Of a stretch of 64,000 nt of DNA, positions 26,601-56,900 are shown piece by piece. The first letter of the stretch is position 1. Every line of letters starts with the position of its first letter. The position numbers and the translations under genes were made by a program. Source of the stretch: Antedon mediterranea (Eukaryota; Animalia; Echinodermata); contig NC_092674.1 of NCBI RefSeq assembly GCF_964355755.1, positions 24,118,001-24,182,000 of the forward strand, in the 5' to 3' direction. The notes beneath the pieces are model-generated. The model had not been told where the DNA came from. It searched no databases and saw only the letters and a program-made list of their open reading frames with translations.

Positions 26601-29600
26601 AATACAGACTCGAAAGATACTCAATATCTTGAAATAATCGTCTTCCAAATAAAACTTCTTCAGCTCATTAGAGTAAAGATTATTCTGAATTTTTTTTACA
26701 GAGATGCAATCATTGTTGCTATCGTCAATTGCGGAACGAGCATCTTTGCTGGATTTGTAATATTTGCTGTGATTGGGTTTATGGCATACGATGCAGGGGT
26801 TGATGTGGAGACTGTTGTTGTTTCAGGTACATAAAAAGCTAGCTACCTACTTGGATGAAAACACTGTCGCGACTGAGCTTAGGGTAGATACTGCATCGAT
26901 GGCAATTCATCTCGATTCCCATTAGCTAGGCATGCGCAGATGACGCTTTTCATTATGGAGGACGTAAATGTGTTGCCACTTTGGAAGACAAAGAAGAGTC
27001 AAATGATAGCAAACACACTAAGCCAACATTGAACTGTTGACTATGTCAATAAAGAATTCCATAATTTTAGCATACTATTATCTTTGTCTATTTTGTTTGT
27101 TTAGGTCCAGGACTGGCATTCGTAGCCTATCCCGAAGCCATCGCCAGAATGCCCATTTCGCCAATGTGGTCCATCTTGTTTTTCTTCATGGTCTTGCTAC
27201 TCGGACTTGGAAGCATGGTTTGAAATATTTTTATTTCATTGACAAACATCAACTCGGATAATAATAATAATATATAAAAGTTGTCAATTACACATTTAAT
27301 TAATCTATTTCATATATCACGTGTCGTGCATAAATCTAAAATAAATACTACCATACGCTCAGCTTTGTAAACCATTTTGTGAAACGCTGTAGGCCGGCAT
27401 TTGCGCGATACACTGTCTATTAAACTGCTTTACTCTCCAAAATCTGTGATTAATCATTGAATACAACATTACATTTGGACAGTGTATTGCGTAATAATCA
27501 CATAAAGAGTTTCTAAGTCGCAGAATGTGACTGTTTCCATTGATTCGATTTTTACGATTAAATCTGTTTTTAATTTTCAGTTGTGCATGCTGGAAACAGT
27601 GATAACCGGTATTGTTGACGACCTCGAAGCTCGGTTTAAAAACATTCGGAAGTACAAATCTTATATAACCTTAGCGACTTCCATCCTCCTATGCATTTTG
27701 GGATTGCCTCTCATAACTCAGGTACGGTATGACCTTCTCAACATTTTATAAGATACTTTGCAGTCCCCAGTTTTCTGTACGGTACTTTACGACTATGTAA
27801 AGCTCTGTCTACACTATCAAGTTAACCCCATCTCTTTAAATTTAGTGCTACGATGTCTATGAATACACCAATATGCTATCTACGGGGCGCCATTTGGGAT
27901 TAAAATTATTTGTCAACGTCGCAAATTGCGCCCCGTACTATCGTTACAGTTGTAAAAATCTACAGCTAACATCGGCTATAACGTAATGATGATATACCGA
28001 TCGGATGTTATAGGAGAACAGCATTTTCAATCTGCAGAAATCTAGATATTCAGTTCTTGTTGTGTATGCAATGTTATCCCACGAGTATTTATCGGTAAAG
28101 CTAATTGTGTTTACATTATCATACTAATACGCCGCAGCGTGTCGGTTAACTAATTTAACGATTATGGCTATGTGTAAACAATCCTATAACTTACCGTAGC
28201 CTATATTGGAATAGTTCCAATAATGAATGTTATGCTTATTAGAACATTTACCTTAAGCTCTATCAAACTAGTGACAAAAAAAAAAGTGTGATGTGCTCAT
28301 ATATGGTAGTGATATGCCGAAATATGGTAGTGATATGACATCACCATGTCCATGCAGTATATGGGCACGTCAAATTTTTGTCACATAGTATTTGTAGACA
28401 GTGCTTTTAGAGCGGTATCATGTCTAGCGACAATAAACAGCATGCGGTATCGTATCTTCTGCAAACTTTATACCATGTTATACAGTATACCCTCTCCTGA
28501 CACTATACAGTCTCAATTCTTCGACGAACACTTTGAAGTATTAATGCATCTGATGTTTTCATGCACAATCCGATCCAAAATCGTAAATTCGAACTTGTAT
28601 TGCGGAAAGTTCCTTCTCCCTCACTAATATTTGGTTTCCACCAAAGACGCGCAAACACAACGACGTAACAGGGATTTGACCAATCACAAGCGATGGATTA
28701 TTCGAACTGTCACATGCTTGCGTTGCGTTACGTCCTTGCGTTGCGTCCTAGTCGGAACCCCTAGTGGGAACCAAGCATTAAGGCAAATGTACACAGTACA
28801 CGGTAATCTGTATCTATCCTGAACGAAAACCGCCCGTCTGCGTTCCGCCTTGTGTGTGAATTGTCATAAGAAATAACACAGATTCTATTATTGTTATTAC
28901 CACCGTTACCGCTCGTCTGTATAAATTGGCCTAAATGCCTCATTTATGTGTGCTGCTTGTGAAGATGGTCTAGGCCTACCGTATTTCTGTTCTATCAGTT
29001 GAGTCTTAACCATCCTACTGTGACTTCTATTAAAAACCTTTGTTTTCATTATTTAAGCAGTTGACAACAAAACAACACCACAAACAACGTCACAAGAACG
29101 ATAACGACGACGTTGATTTAATTAACTTCAGAATGACTGTACTTTACAGATAGCAAATACTGAACGCAAAAATGTCAATTCTACTAAAGCTCTGTCAACA
29201 CTATCAACCTTTATGTGACAAAAAAATACGATGTGCCCATGGAAATGATGATGTCATATCACTACCATATATGGGCATATTACTACTATATTTGGAAACA
29301 TCACACTTTTTGTCAAACTAGTTTGATAGTGTAGACAGAACTTGTCCAGTTTATGTCATTCTTTTATCCTTTTTTGTTACCCATTATTTATAATTGTTGT
29401 TTTTGTTACCCTAGGGTGGTATTTATCTTCTAACTCTCATGAACGCGTTTTCTGCTGGCCTGACATTACTCCTCTTTGGATTTATGGAATGTATTATTAT
29501 CGCATATATCTATGGTGAGTAGAGTATAAATGTATGCAGTATACTAAACACTAATCCACGCTGTTATGCAAAATTTGGTAAAATTATCTTTCTTAAAACC

Positions 29601-31616
29601 CTGCTTAAACCAAAACCGATTTACCTTACCTCGCCATTGTTGAACAAGTGTACTTCGAAAAAGATTTTCATCTGGTTTTATATTAACTATCTGTATACAA
29701 TTCCTTACGTTAAACCAGTAATAAATACGTACTTGTGCGACGTTTCTAAACAAATCTTACGTACTGTATCTATTTCTAAGCAACGCAAAAGCGTACGCTC
29801 AAGGCAAGTGCATGATCCATCGTTTGTGATTGGTCAAATCACTTACGTTGCCCTTACGTTCTTGCGTCTCTAGTGGGAACTTTATACTTCAAGATACTGT
29901 AGTATATAAAACGTGACATACTCTAGCAGTAACTCGTCCAAAACTATGAACTTACTGTTACTTATTCAGAATTAATTATTATTATCATTATATTTGACAA
30001 AAGAATGTTCGAAGATTTGAAATACGGGGCGCCGTTCGGGATATAGGTTAATTCATTCATTCCGCATAATATACTACTTTTTGAACATTTCTTGCAGGTG
30101 TTGAACGTTATTTACATGATATCACCGCTATGTTAGGATTTCGACCCAGTTTTTATTGGAAAATATGCTGGATGGTTGTAGCGCCTTCGCTTCTCATGGT
30201 AAAATGCATTACATTTTGCATGAAAGTACTGTAATATTTGACGAGTAGTAGGCCTACATGTTATATTTGTTAGGAATTGTAAGGATTAGGAATTCTACAC
30301 GTACAATGGCGTAACGTCTATGAGCGCTCACTGGCGAAACCCAGGGCATGGAGCGTATGAGACCCCTGAGTGCCCAGAAGAAAAAACGATCGAAAAAGCC
30401 TAAAAACGCACAAGGCCTCCAGAGGGCATCAGGTCTCTACGCTACTCCACTGTACACGTACTTTTTCATTTATTTAGTTTTAACAATTTAGTTTTCTCGC
30501 TTTTTTCTACGTAGTTTGTGATAATATTTACATTCGTCTCCTACAACCCAGCCAAATATGGTGAGGACTATGTTTTCCCTGCTTGGGCAGAAGCACTGGG
30601 CTGGCTGATGACCGCCAGTTCCATTTTACCAGTAATCATATATGCTGCTATCTACCTGTTTCAGGAAAAAGGACCTGTCATGGAGGTAAGGCTGAATATG
30701 AGTTTGAGATATGAAATAAAAAATCAAAGCATTTAGTAAAATACCTTGTTATTCCGTGTTCGTAATGGACAATAAAACAGATATCATGTGATACAATTCA
30801 ATTCAATTCACATTTATTTACTCATCGTTTATAAATACAGTTTCATAGCATAAATGATGGCAAGGATCCTGCATAGAGAAGATTACACTTCTGTTTTCGC
30901 AGGACCCTTTTACACATAAAACATAAACAATAAACACAACATAATAGATACAAAATAAAAAAAAAACATTTCCTATATACATTTTAGAGTTGTTCATCAT
31001 CAAAAAGCGATACTGTTTTTCTAACATGATTATTTATACATTTTGTCTTAAATACATATGTACATATGTGATACTGTGTATATAATTTCCCCATGATACT
31101 CTGGATAATTATAGATACAGTATCGATGATCGGCTAGAAAAAGGGTGAACAATCTTATACAGTATATTAGTCCTACTGTAATTTCTGTCGAGTGTAGGTT
31201 ATGGTTAGGCGTTAATTAATACTGTAAATGCAAAACGAGTATCTCTCCGACCAACAATATTACTAACACATTGCAATATCCATGTTTAATTTTAGCGCTT
31301 GAAAAATTCAATGAAGCATAAGTCATTGTGGGGACCAGCTCTTGCGCAACATCGCAAAGAAGCAGGCTATCACATCCTCGAACAAGAAGAAGCGGAAAAT
31401 CGTCTGAACGCATGCGCAGATGACAGCTACTCGTCGTCGATGAATTCAAACGATGATCCCGAACTGGCGCTCAATCTCAAAAGTCACTACGAAAGAACAC
31501 AAATAGATGGTAAAGAAGATCAGGGAGATGTCGGTGCATCGTTCCTTACGGACGATATTCACGCTCGTTACAAGCCAAAAGAACGCCTTTATCCAGATAT
31601 TGAAAGCGCTCTGTAG
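14603..31616 (+). CDS. SLC6 family sodium- and chloride-dependent transporter (amino-acid branch, proline/glycine transporter-like), about 691 aa
   Basis: Exons: 14603-14608 (ATG GAG|GTAAGT, tentative; alternative ATG at 17200), 17185-17461, 18532-18663, 20269-20485, 21155-21287, 23270-23404, 25746-25849, 26702-26826, 27105-27217, 27581-27721, 29415-29514, 30098-30198, 30515-30685, 31296-31616. Total 2076 nt, in frame. Motifs: [97 protein letters not shown]. Confidence 0.93.
14942..15078. mobile_element. MITE family A
   Basis: AAGCTCTGTCTACAC...TGTAGACAAAGC. Confidence 0.7.
17528..17973. mobile_element. Harbinger-like MITE (TIR GGCCCATTTACACTAGGACGATAA)
   Basis: Perfect TIR of about 24 bp. 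It contains an inner inverted pair CCAATCAAATGACGT / ACGTCATTTGATTGG (17740-17833). Confidence 0.75.
19007..19155. mobile_element. MITE family A
   Basis: AAGCTCTGTCTACACTATCAAACTTGATGTGA...TCACATCAAGTTTGATAGTGTA. Confidence 0.75.
20651..21019. mobile_element. Cluster of three family B MITE copies or remnants
   Basis: Full copy at 20876-21019. Degenerate copies at about 20651-20725 and 20730-20820 share TGACCAATCAC / GTGATTGGTCAA. Confidence 0.65.
22421..22604. mobile_element. MITE family B (TIR AAGCTTGGTTCCCACTAG), near-perfect foldback
   Basis: About 50-bp perfect TIR AAGCTTGGTTCCCACTAGAACGTAACGCAAGGACGTAAACGCAACGCAAG, with TA/TWA flanks. Confidence 0.85.
22782..22888. repeat. Short tandem duplication (about 48 bp, 2.3 copies)
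   Basis: ACCTCAAAGCG...TCTGAGAGTAGGTAC...TACCTC.ACTAGAT repeated. Confidence 0.7.
28254..28407. mobile_element. MITE family A (a lone TIR also lies at 27799-27822)
   Basis: Internal 21-bp repeats and degenerate TIRs. Confidence 0.65.
28630..28779. mobile_element. MITE family B
   Basis: TTGGTTTCCAC...TTGACCAATCACAAGCGATGG...CTAGTGGGAACCAAGC, with a duplicated right end. Confidence 0.7.
29187..29343. mobile_element. MITE family A
   Basis: AAGCTCTGTCAACACTATCAA...TTGATAGTGTAGACAGAACTT. Confidence 0.75.
29779..29880. mobile_element. MITE family B remnant
   Basis: GTGATTGGTCAA...CTAGTGGGAAC. Confidence 0.55.
30304..30452. mobile_element. hAT-type MITE with 8-bp TSD
   Basis: Direct repeat TACACGTA at 30296-30303 and 30453-30460. 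Imperfect TIRs CAATGGCGTAACGT / ACGCTACTCCACTG. Confidence 0.75.
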
Positions 31617-32520
31617 CTTTTATTTATCTTCCATCTTGCTGCTGACAGCACAAAAACATTTTCAAATTTATTAATACTTTTTCAAAGCAGCTGATGAAGG
31701 TAGTTAAGAGGCTCTAATTTCGTAAAACCCATATTTTCAAATGCAGCTGTTAAAGAAAACTTTAAAGAAAATTTGTTTTTCCGCCGTTTCTCTATCAAAC
31801 AAAATGGAGTTTTCGATTTGCGACGACTGAAACAAAATAGGTCAGGTCAATCGGTGTTTTTTGGTTGTCGTCTGGATACAGAAACAATATAATTTGTGTC
31901 GAGGTGACAGCGAAGATGATGCATACGTCGCAACTTCTGCGCATGCTCATAATGAATTTACCCTTTGTCGTCGCAAATCGACTCGCTTGCGAAAAATGTC
32001 TTAGGTTCAACAAACTTTGAACTGATACATTCGTTTTTGTCAATACATCGGTTTTCATTCGACCTTTTTAAAGAAGTGAAATTATTAGTTTATTATTATT
32101 ATGACAAGAATTTCCGTTTACTGTTATTTGTTTACCCAAGGTTAAAGGTTAAACATACGTCACGGAACATCTAAAATATTATAATGTATTCAGGTAAGAT
32201 AAATTGAATTTCAGGTAATTAAAACAAAAAGAACCATTTTATTTTATGTAAATCAAATATGTTTACAGCGTAATGCGTAAAATAAACAAAACATCAGTAC
32301 GGTTATCCAATGTTTACCAGTTGTTGTATTATCGTGGTTTCTATTTGAAATACCTGTTGTATCTCTTCCAATTTAGTTTTGAGTTTATTAATATCTTAGA
32401 TTACGCAAATTTGAACAAAAAATTATTGAAAAAATGTTCTGTTTTGTTGTCTAAAAGAAAAATAAACTTTCATTGCTGATTATAAATAGTTCTATTTTAA
32501 TTCTTAATCATCGGTAGCAA

Positions 32521-32630
32521 CAAGCTTAGTTCTCACTAGGATGCAACGCAAGAACGTAAGCCGCAACGCAAACCAATTGACCAATCACAAGCAACAGTTG
32601 GAGTAGGCCTTTGATTGGTCAATTCGCTTG
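32521..32630. mobile_element. MITE family B remnant
   Basis: AAGCTTAGTTCTCACTAGG...TGACCAATCACAAGC. Confidence 0.6.
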
Positions 32631-33873
32631 TTTGGAACGCTGGTTAGGGAAGTGAAGAGGTTGAACAAAAAGATAATTGGCAAGAATACTCGGATGTCTT
32701 ATTTTATAGAAACCCGTTGTACATATAATTAGTGATAAAATGCTGTAAGCCCACTACTAGAGATAGTGAAGAAGAAGATAAAACGACGTTGTCATCATAA
32801 GAAGGCCATCTAACAACAGAACACTTTGATCTTATGGCTGTGAAAAATACCAACAGTGCTGGCGCGCGGTGTCTGGGGGAGTGGAACTTATCTTGTGGCA
32901 GCCACAGATAAACCATTACTGCCTTCTCATAACAGATCTTGTTTTATATTAACAGCGGCAAATGTCCATTATCTAAATTGTTAATTGACAGTTGGAAAAC
33001 CTCGGCCGCGCCACACACGTACTACATCATCATTTTATAATGACCGTGGTAAACATTAATTTGCACCTATAAGGCGACCCCCTGTCACCCTTTCAACATT
33101 CTGATCATGTATGCAAGTGAAACTTAACTAATTTGAACTCATAGTATAATATTTCTTCTTGGAAATAATTTAGCATGGCCTACTTTACAAACTACCATTC
33201 TGTCTTCTTAAAAACCGTGGTTTGTAAAATAAAAAACATTTTGTATAGGCCTAAAAGACTGGGCCGTCCGACACACTACCTATTCTGTCCTATAACCCAT
33301 GGTTTGTAAAAGAAACCCATTTTTAAAATTAAAAAAGCCAAACATTCGTCTTTATTAAACTGACAAATTGTGGTTAAAACAACTATAATTGGTCTTTTTT
33401 TTTATCGATATTTTCATTTTTATTGTTTTTTTGAGATTTGATTTTTATGAGAGAATTCATTATTCAAAAACCTTTTTTTCAAACTGCTATAGTTTAATAT
33501 TTTGTCGGCCGCCCATACATAACATTGTAGTTTTATGCCGCCCTCAATTACAAAATTAGTTTGCGCGCGGATTACTTAGGCTTTTACACAGATGGTTTTC
33601 TTTGAACTGTACACAAAATGTTTAATTTCTATAGTACAAATACACTTAAAAGATACAGATATAGTTTTAAATATATTATTTGATAATACAAATGGTATAA
33701 TGTTTTGCTTTTAAATCTCAGACATTTATAATAGGATGCAATTAAATTAAAATATCACAATAACGTCTGGATTAGGTCAAGTGTTGGAAGCCGTCTTTTG
33801 TTAATGGGCAAATTTACAGAGAGTGTAGCGGTGAGCTTGCCTTTGTTTAGAAATATCATAAGCTATTGGTAAA

Positions 33874-51451
<17,578 letters not shown>

Positions 51452-52021
51452 ATGCATTTAAGAATGTCTGGACAAAAATGTGCTGTTTTAAAAATAAGTA
51501 CATATTATTTGGTAAAGGAAATTCCATATTCATAGTCTTGTGGTTATAAAATACTAAGTATTTCATTTCAAGTCAATATGCTTAGGAATTCCCCATTCAC
51601 ATAGATACAGTTGTTTTTTTTAATTTTAAGGCCGTTTTCCTAACTGTCGATTGTGAATACGGCCAATTGTGTCCTAAACGTTGGTTTACATTACGTTGAT
51701 TCGGTATCTGTCTCTAGTCTACATTTCGATTTAGGGAGTTAGCTATGCTTTAATAATTAAAATATGTGAGTTTACAATTACAAACGTCGTTATGTTTAGG
51801 GCGGAGCAGAAAATGTATATATTTCATTTTTTTTCTGCCCATTTCCTTCCCTAGGTATGTATGTGTCTAAAATTTGGTACAGTATTTATGTTTTCCCCCC
51901 TAAAAAAAATATGTATTTACTGTTCATGTTAATCGTATTTGTTTTTCAATATTACAGGCTTTTTAGTAATTTTTATAAAAGTATTATACTGTAGTATGTG
52001 GCTTTAATATTTCAAGTAATT

Positions 52022-52027
52022 AATAAA
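52022..52027 (+). promoter_or_regulatory. Candidate polyadenylation signal of SMARCA5
   Basis: AATAAA about 570 nt after the stop, followed by a T-rich tract. Confidence 0.35.
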
Positions 52028-52669
52028 TTAATACTTTTCAACATTTTTTTTGAGTCTGCATTAATTAGTCAAAAATATACATATCTCTTGATTAAAAATA
52101 TCTTTAGTTAATGAAACTACAGTAACAAAATACGTAACCAGACCACACCCTTCGACAGACCACGCCTATACTACACACTTTCCTTATTTTATACTTAGTT
52201 GAATATTTGTGTTATACTTACTTGTATACCACAATGTATTTTTATATAGAATATCAAATTTCACAATTCTTTAGTTATTGTCTCTTTTTACGTAGGAAAA
52301 CCAACATGCTTTTTCATTTTTTTAAACCAGGTTTCACCAGTTTCAAGTCAGTATAAGTTATGACACGCTATGTGTGCAAAATGGTTTATAAATTAGTATT
52401 AAATCGAATCGTCGTTACCTTGTTATTCACTCTTTAGAATAAATTAAAATCAAGGTTAAAACATCAACAATTAAATTATGTAAATAGAAACAGAATCTGA
52501 AAATTTAACTTTTTGTTTGCAAATCTTCTCAATATACCCTCTGTAATATCAGCATTCCATGTAAGCCTACTGTAATATTAAAATATATTTATCAAACTTT
52601 TCTTATACTGCGTTAAAAAAATGTAAATAATGCTAGGATTTGTTTAGGGATCATGTTAAAATTAATTCT

Positions 52670-52930
52670 ACTGCAGTTACTGCAGTAAATATATTGTTAT
52701 TTCAATAACATATGATTATAGTTTGTTGAAAGGTAGATTTCCGTACGGCAGTCACTGCAGTAAACAAAACACTGTTTTATTACCAAAACAAGGATTGCTA
52801 AAAATAACCGGATAAAGAGTATGTCAAATACTGCAGTCACTGCAGTAAACACTGTGTATTATTACCAAAACAAGGATTGCTAAAAATAACCGGATAAAGA
52901 GTATGTAAAATTCTGCAGTAACTGCAGTAC
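52670..52930. repeat. Tandem repeat (about 80 bp) with CTGCAGT motifs
   Basis: TATTACCAAAACAAGGATTGCTAAAAATAACCGGATAAAGAGTATGT occurs twice, and ACTGCAGT.ACTGCAGTA about 4 times. Confidence 0.75.
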
Positions 52931-53282
52931 AATAATTTTGACAATTGTTGTATCGTAAATCAAGTTTGTTATTAAAAATGGAGAGGACTAAAAGTCGTGT
53001 TTCGGTTTTTTTACTTTCGAAAGCCAGGTCCAAATGCACTGATCAGTATTATATTTGTTAATCAGGTGTAAACCATTGACTAGCGAAAGCTATTTGTTTA
53101 TACCGTTTTGCCTTTGGTGAATAAAGAATTATGAAATATAATCGAAAAAGGTCGGGCGCGAACGGGTGTATTTTTTTATGCCATTTTACGCATGCGCAAA
53201 TTGATTTTTCTCGCTATATAGTTGAATTCAAACGGAACCATACCAGCATATTCATATTATTGTATAACAATGGACTTGAAGA

Positions 53283-53781
53283 TTACTATACGGAACTTCA
53301 ACGGTATTTTAGCCTGGAATTTGTATTACTAAAATGAAATAGACTGGTAAAACAAACTGTTTGTTGAGCCGTGAAATGTGCAAAAAGTCACATTTGTGCA
53401 AACAACCACGTTTGAGAAAACATTTTGCCCTCAATTATGCAAACAACCACATTTGCGTAACATGGCAATTTCAAATGTGCAAATCTGTAAATATTCATAA
53501 TCACCAATGCAAACATCACGCCGTTAAATGTTTTGATGTTAAATGTCCAAAAGAAATCCTACAAATGACATTTTATTCAACCAAAATCAGTTTATTAACA
53601 ATGACATTCTAATTCTAAATATCCACAATGTTTTCAATATAGCCATAGGCCTACAGTATTTCATTTTAGTAATACAAATTCCAGGCTGAAATAATCTGTG
53701 TTGTTACATTGACTGACAGGTTGTCGCTGCTTGCTGGAAATGGTAACTTCCTTACCGTTGCAATTTAGTTCCGTATAGTAA
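53283..53781. mobile_element. Foldback element enclosing a one-ended copy (53362-53610) of the Ginger-like MITE
   Basis: TATTTTAGCCTGGAATTTGTATTACTAAAATGAAATA (53305-53341) is inverted at about 53658-53694. The inner sequence matches 54891 onward. Confidence 0.6.
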
Positions 53782-53919
53782 TTGTAAAGAAAATTCCCAA
53801 AATATTACTTATATATAATATATCATTTGATTTTCTACATTTTCTTTAACATGTATTTGCGTTAGGGCCTATGCGCGATTTGAACAATGCGAGGAAATTG
53901 CGAGGATTTCCTAGAAAGT

Positions 53920-56900
53920 AGGTCCACAGAGAAACCGAATTTTGTTATTTTCCTCGCTGACGACATGGGCTTCGGTGATCTTCAATCTTATGGTAACGCA
54001 AACACCAAACATCGATGACTTAGAGAAACATGAAATTAAAAGTTTACACAATTCTATAGCGGGGCACCGATGTGTAGTCCAGCAAGGTAATACATTCTCT
54101 TGAAATTCATTTTTACCGTACCACTTTTTTAAATCGGTGAGGCACCGTTTTACACTAAATAACTCGCACAGCACACAACTTCATCTCTTCTTCAATGCAT
54201 TACCGGTGGTATGCAATGAACTTACTTCAAACATTATAGCACGTGCTGGTCTACTAAAACACTGCTGCCAATCAAACAAACACTCTTTTAATGCGGCCCT
54301 CTATAAAAAAAAATTCAAAACGTACAGTACCCATGCAGAAATCGTATGCGCAGTTTGATTGCTCTATTGACATGTCTGCATCAAGCATTAATTGACAACA
54401 AAAATATATTGCTGAACAACTATTTTAAATTTCATCATAATCGGGCTACTGTACGGGAAGTTTACTTTCTTACGACCGTAGTTTTAAGTAATTGATAATA
54501 TTAATAAAATATGCCATTGTTATATTTAACTTATTATATTGTTCCGGAAACCTCCGGAAATTAAAAATTACATTAATCTATAGACAAAGAAATAATGCAT
54601 TGACCCATGTATGTCATTGCCGTGTGCATGTATGTCATTACCGTAGGTAGCGGGTTTTTCATGAATCTCCATAATGTATCCATGGAGGTATAAACTCCCC
54701 CATGATTGTATCGATGTGAATTGGCTTGTGGTATGTCATCTATGTCATAGCCAATCACCGGGTCTAATCGAATCAAAACCGTGATCCCTGATCTGATTAG
54801 CACCGTTACCATCAGCCGAATATGTATTATCTTGACGAATAGCCTATACATTGCGGTTTAACGGCACATGCTCAGCAGCAAAAGAGACCTTGTTGAGCCG
54901 TGAAATGTGCAAAAAGTCACATTTGTGCAAACAACCACATTTGTGCAAACATGGCACCCACAAATGTGCACATTTGTAAAAATGTATAGTCCACTAATGT
55001 GCAAATATCACGCAGTTAAATGTAAAAACGATCAGTTTTGACGTTAAATGTGCAAATGAAATTTTACAAATGTGCAAATCGTTTTTTCAACCAAAATCTT
55101 TTATTAAAAATGATAACGTAATTTCTATAGTCACCGGTTTTTCAACAACAACTATAAAGGAATTCACTTCAACAGTATGGATTACCCTCTCCAGCAAGCA
55201 TCGTCAGTCCTACATCCCCAGACATGAGTGTGTTTTTTTAAACAGATTATTTATTAAATACATGGCTATACCTTGAAAACATTGTTGGTAAAACCCGTGA
55301 CTATTTATTTTTAATAAAGGATTTCGGTTGAAAAAAAGATTTGCACATTAACGTCAAAACCAGATTTGCACATTTGAGGGTGCCATGTTTGTTTTAATTG
55401 CACAAACGTGACTTTTTGCACATTTCACGGTTCAACAGACCTACATTGTGGCGTATCAACACGCGCTTGTCGACAAGAGAGATAGAATGATAATATGATT
55501 GATCTCACCCATTTCCAATGCAAAGTAAATTTTAATGAAGTTTATTTATGTTTTTATAAACAGAGCTAGTCTTTTAACTGGAAGATATGCAGTTCGTTCA
55601 GGTGTATGGTCGCCAGGTGGTAATTATTCTGTATTTACGCAAGCATCAATTCCCGGATTACCTCATGACGAAGTCACAATACCAGATATGTTGGCTAAAC
55701 AAGGTTACAAGTCTGCTCTGATTGGTAAATGGCATCCTGGTGTTGGACGCCACAAAGAATATCTTCCTTTTTCCATGGGTTTGATGAGTATTTCGGGATA
55801 CCTAATTCACATATATGGATTGTCCATGTATCACGTGTTTTTATCCCAGTGACGACTGCAACTGCCAATCATGTCACGACTGGCGGGCACCATGGCAGTT
55901 ACTAAATGGAGACGAAATCATCGAACAACTAGTGGATTTTTAACAGTTTTAAGCAGAAGAATGACAAGAACAGCTCGTAGTGTGATTAAAAAATACTCTT
56001 GCACAGACACTCCATTTTTTCTTATGTATTCGTTTTACCATCCACATGTACCACATTTTGCTGGTAAAGAATTTACAAATTCTACAACAGGCATTTACAT
56101 GGATTCTTTGGCGGAAAAAGACTGGCAAGTAGGAGAGGTGATGGATGAACTAAAGAAAAGCGGAGTGATCGAAAATATGTTAGTCATTTTTACATCAGAC
56201 AATGGGTACTGTATACTGTTTCTTGTACTACGGTACGGTATCTTTATTAGTTTTATTGGATTGACTGTATCGTATTTGTACGTATGTCCATCAATACCAA
56301 AATATTCATTATTAGTATTATCACGAGTATATAATTATTAATAAATAAATAAAATTAAGTCTTTAACAACACTGTCGAAAATAATTACCAAATGTTACAA
56401 AAGATTTTCTTGACATCAAAGCAGTAAAATAAATCATGATTCACATTATTTTTCTTATAACTTAAAAGATTATAATATTTTAACGTATTGTCATAATAGT
56501 TAAGAAAGCGATGCAAGTTAGTAGCTTTAACAATGTATCAAATGATACAAGTCGTTACACACATGGCGTTCCATACACATTAGTATGGTTTTTTGTAGGG
56601 TAAACACCACTTATTCACATTCATATTATCTTTCATGTCATCACATAAAAATCATATTATTTATCACATTTTTGTTAATTTCTAATGTAATTAATGAGTT
56701 TTCGGTCGTTTTGTTTGGCAGCCGTTTCGACAAGACTCTTACGAAATTTATATCTGGTCTGGTCAAGGCAAGCTCAGTGTGCTGTTGTTAGAAAGTTGGT
56801 CGTACCAGTATGAATATACATGTATTTGCATACTAAATTGTAGATTATAGACACATTATGGAGACTATCAAAAATAGTTAGTCAAAGTCATTCTTTATTC

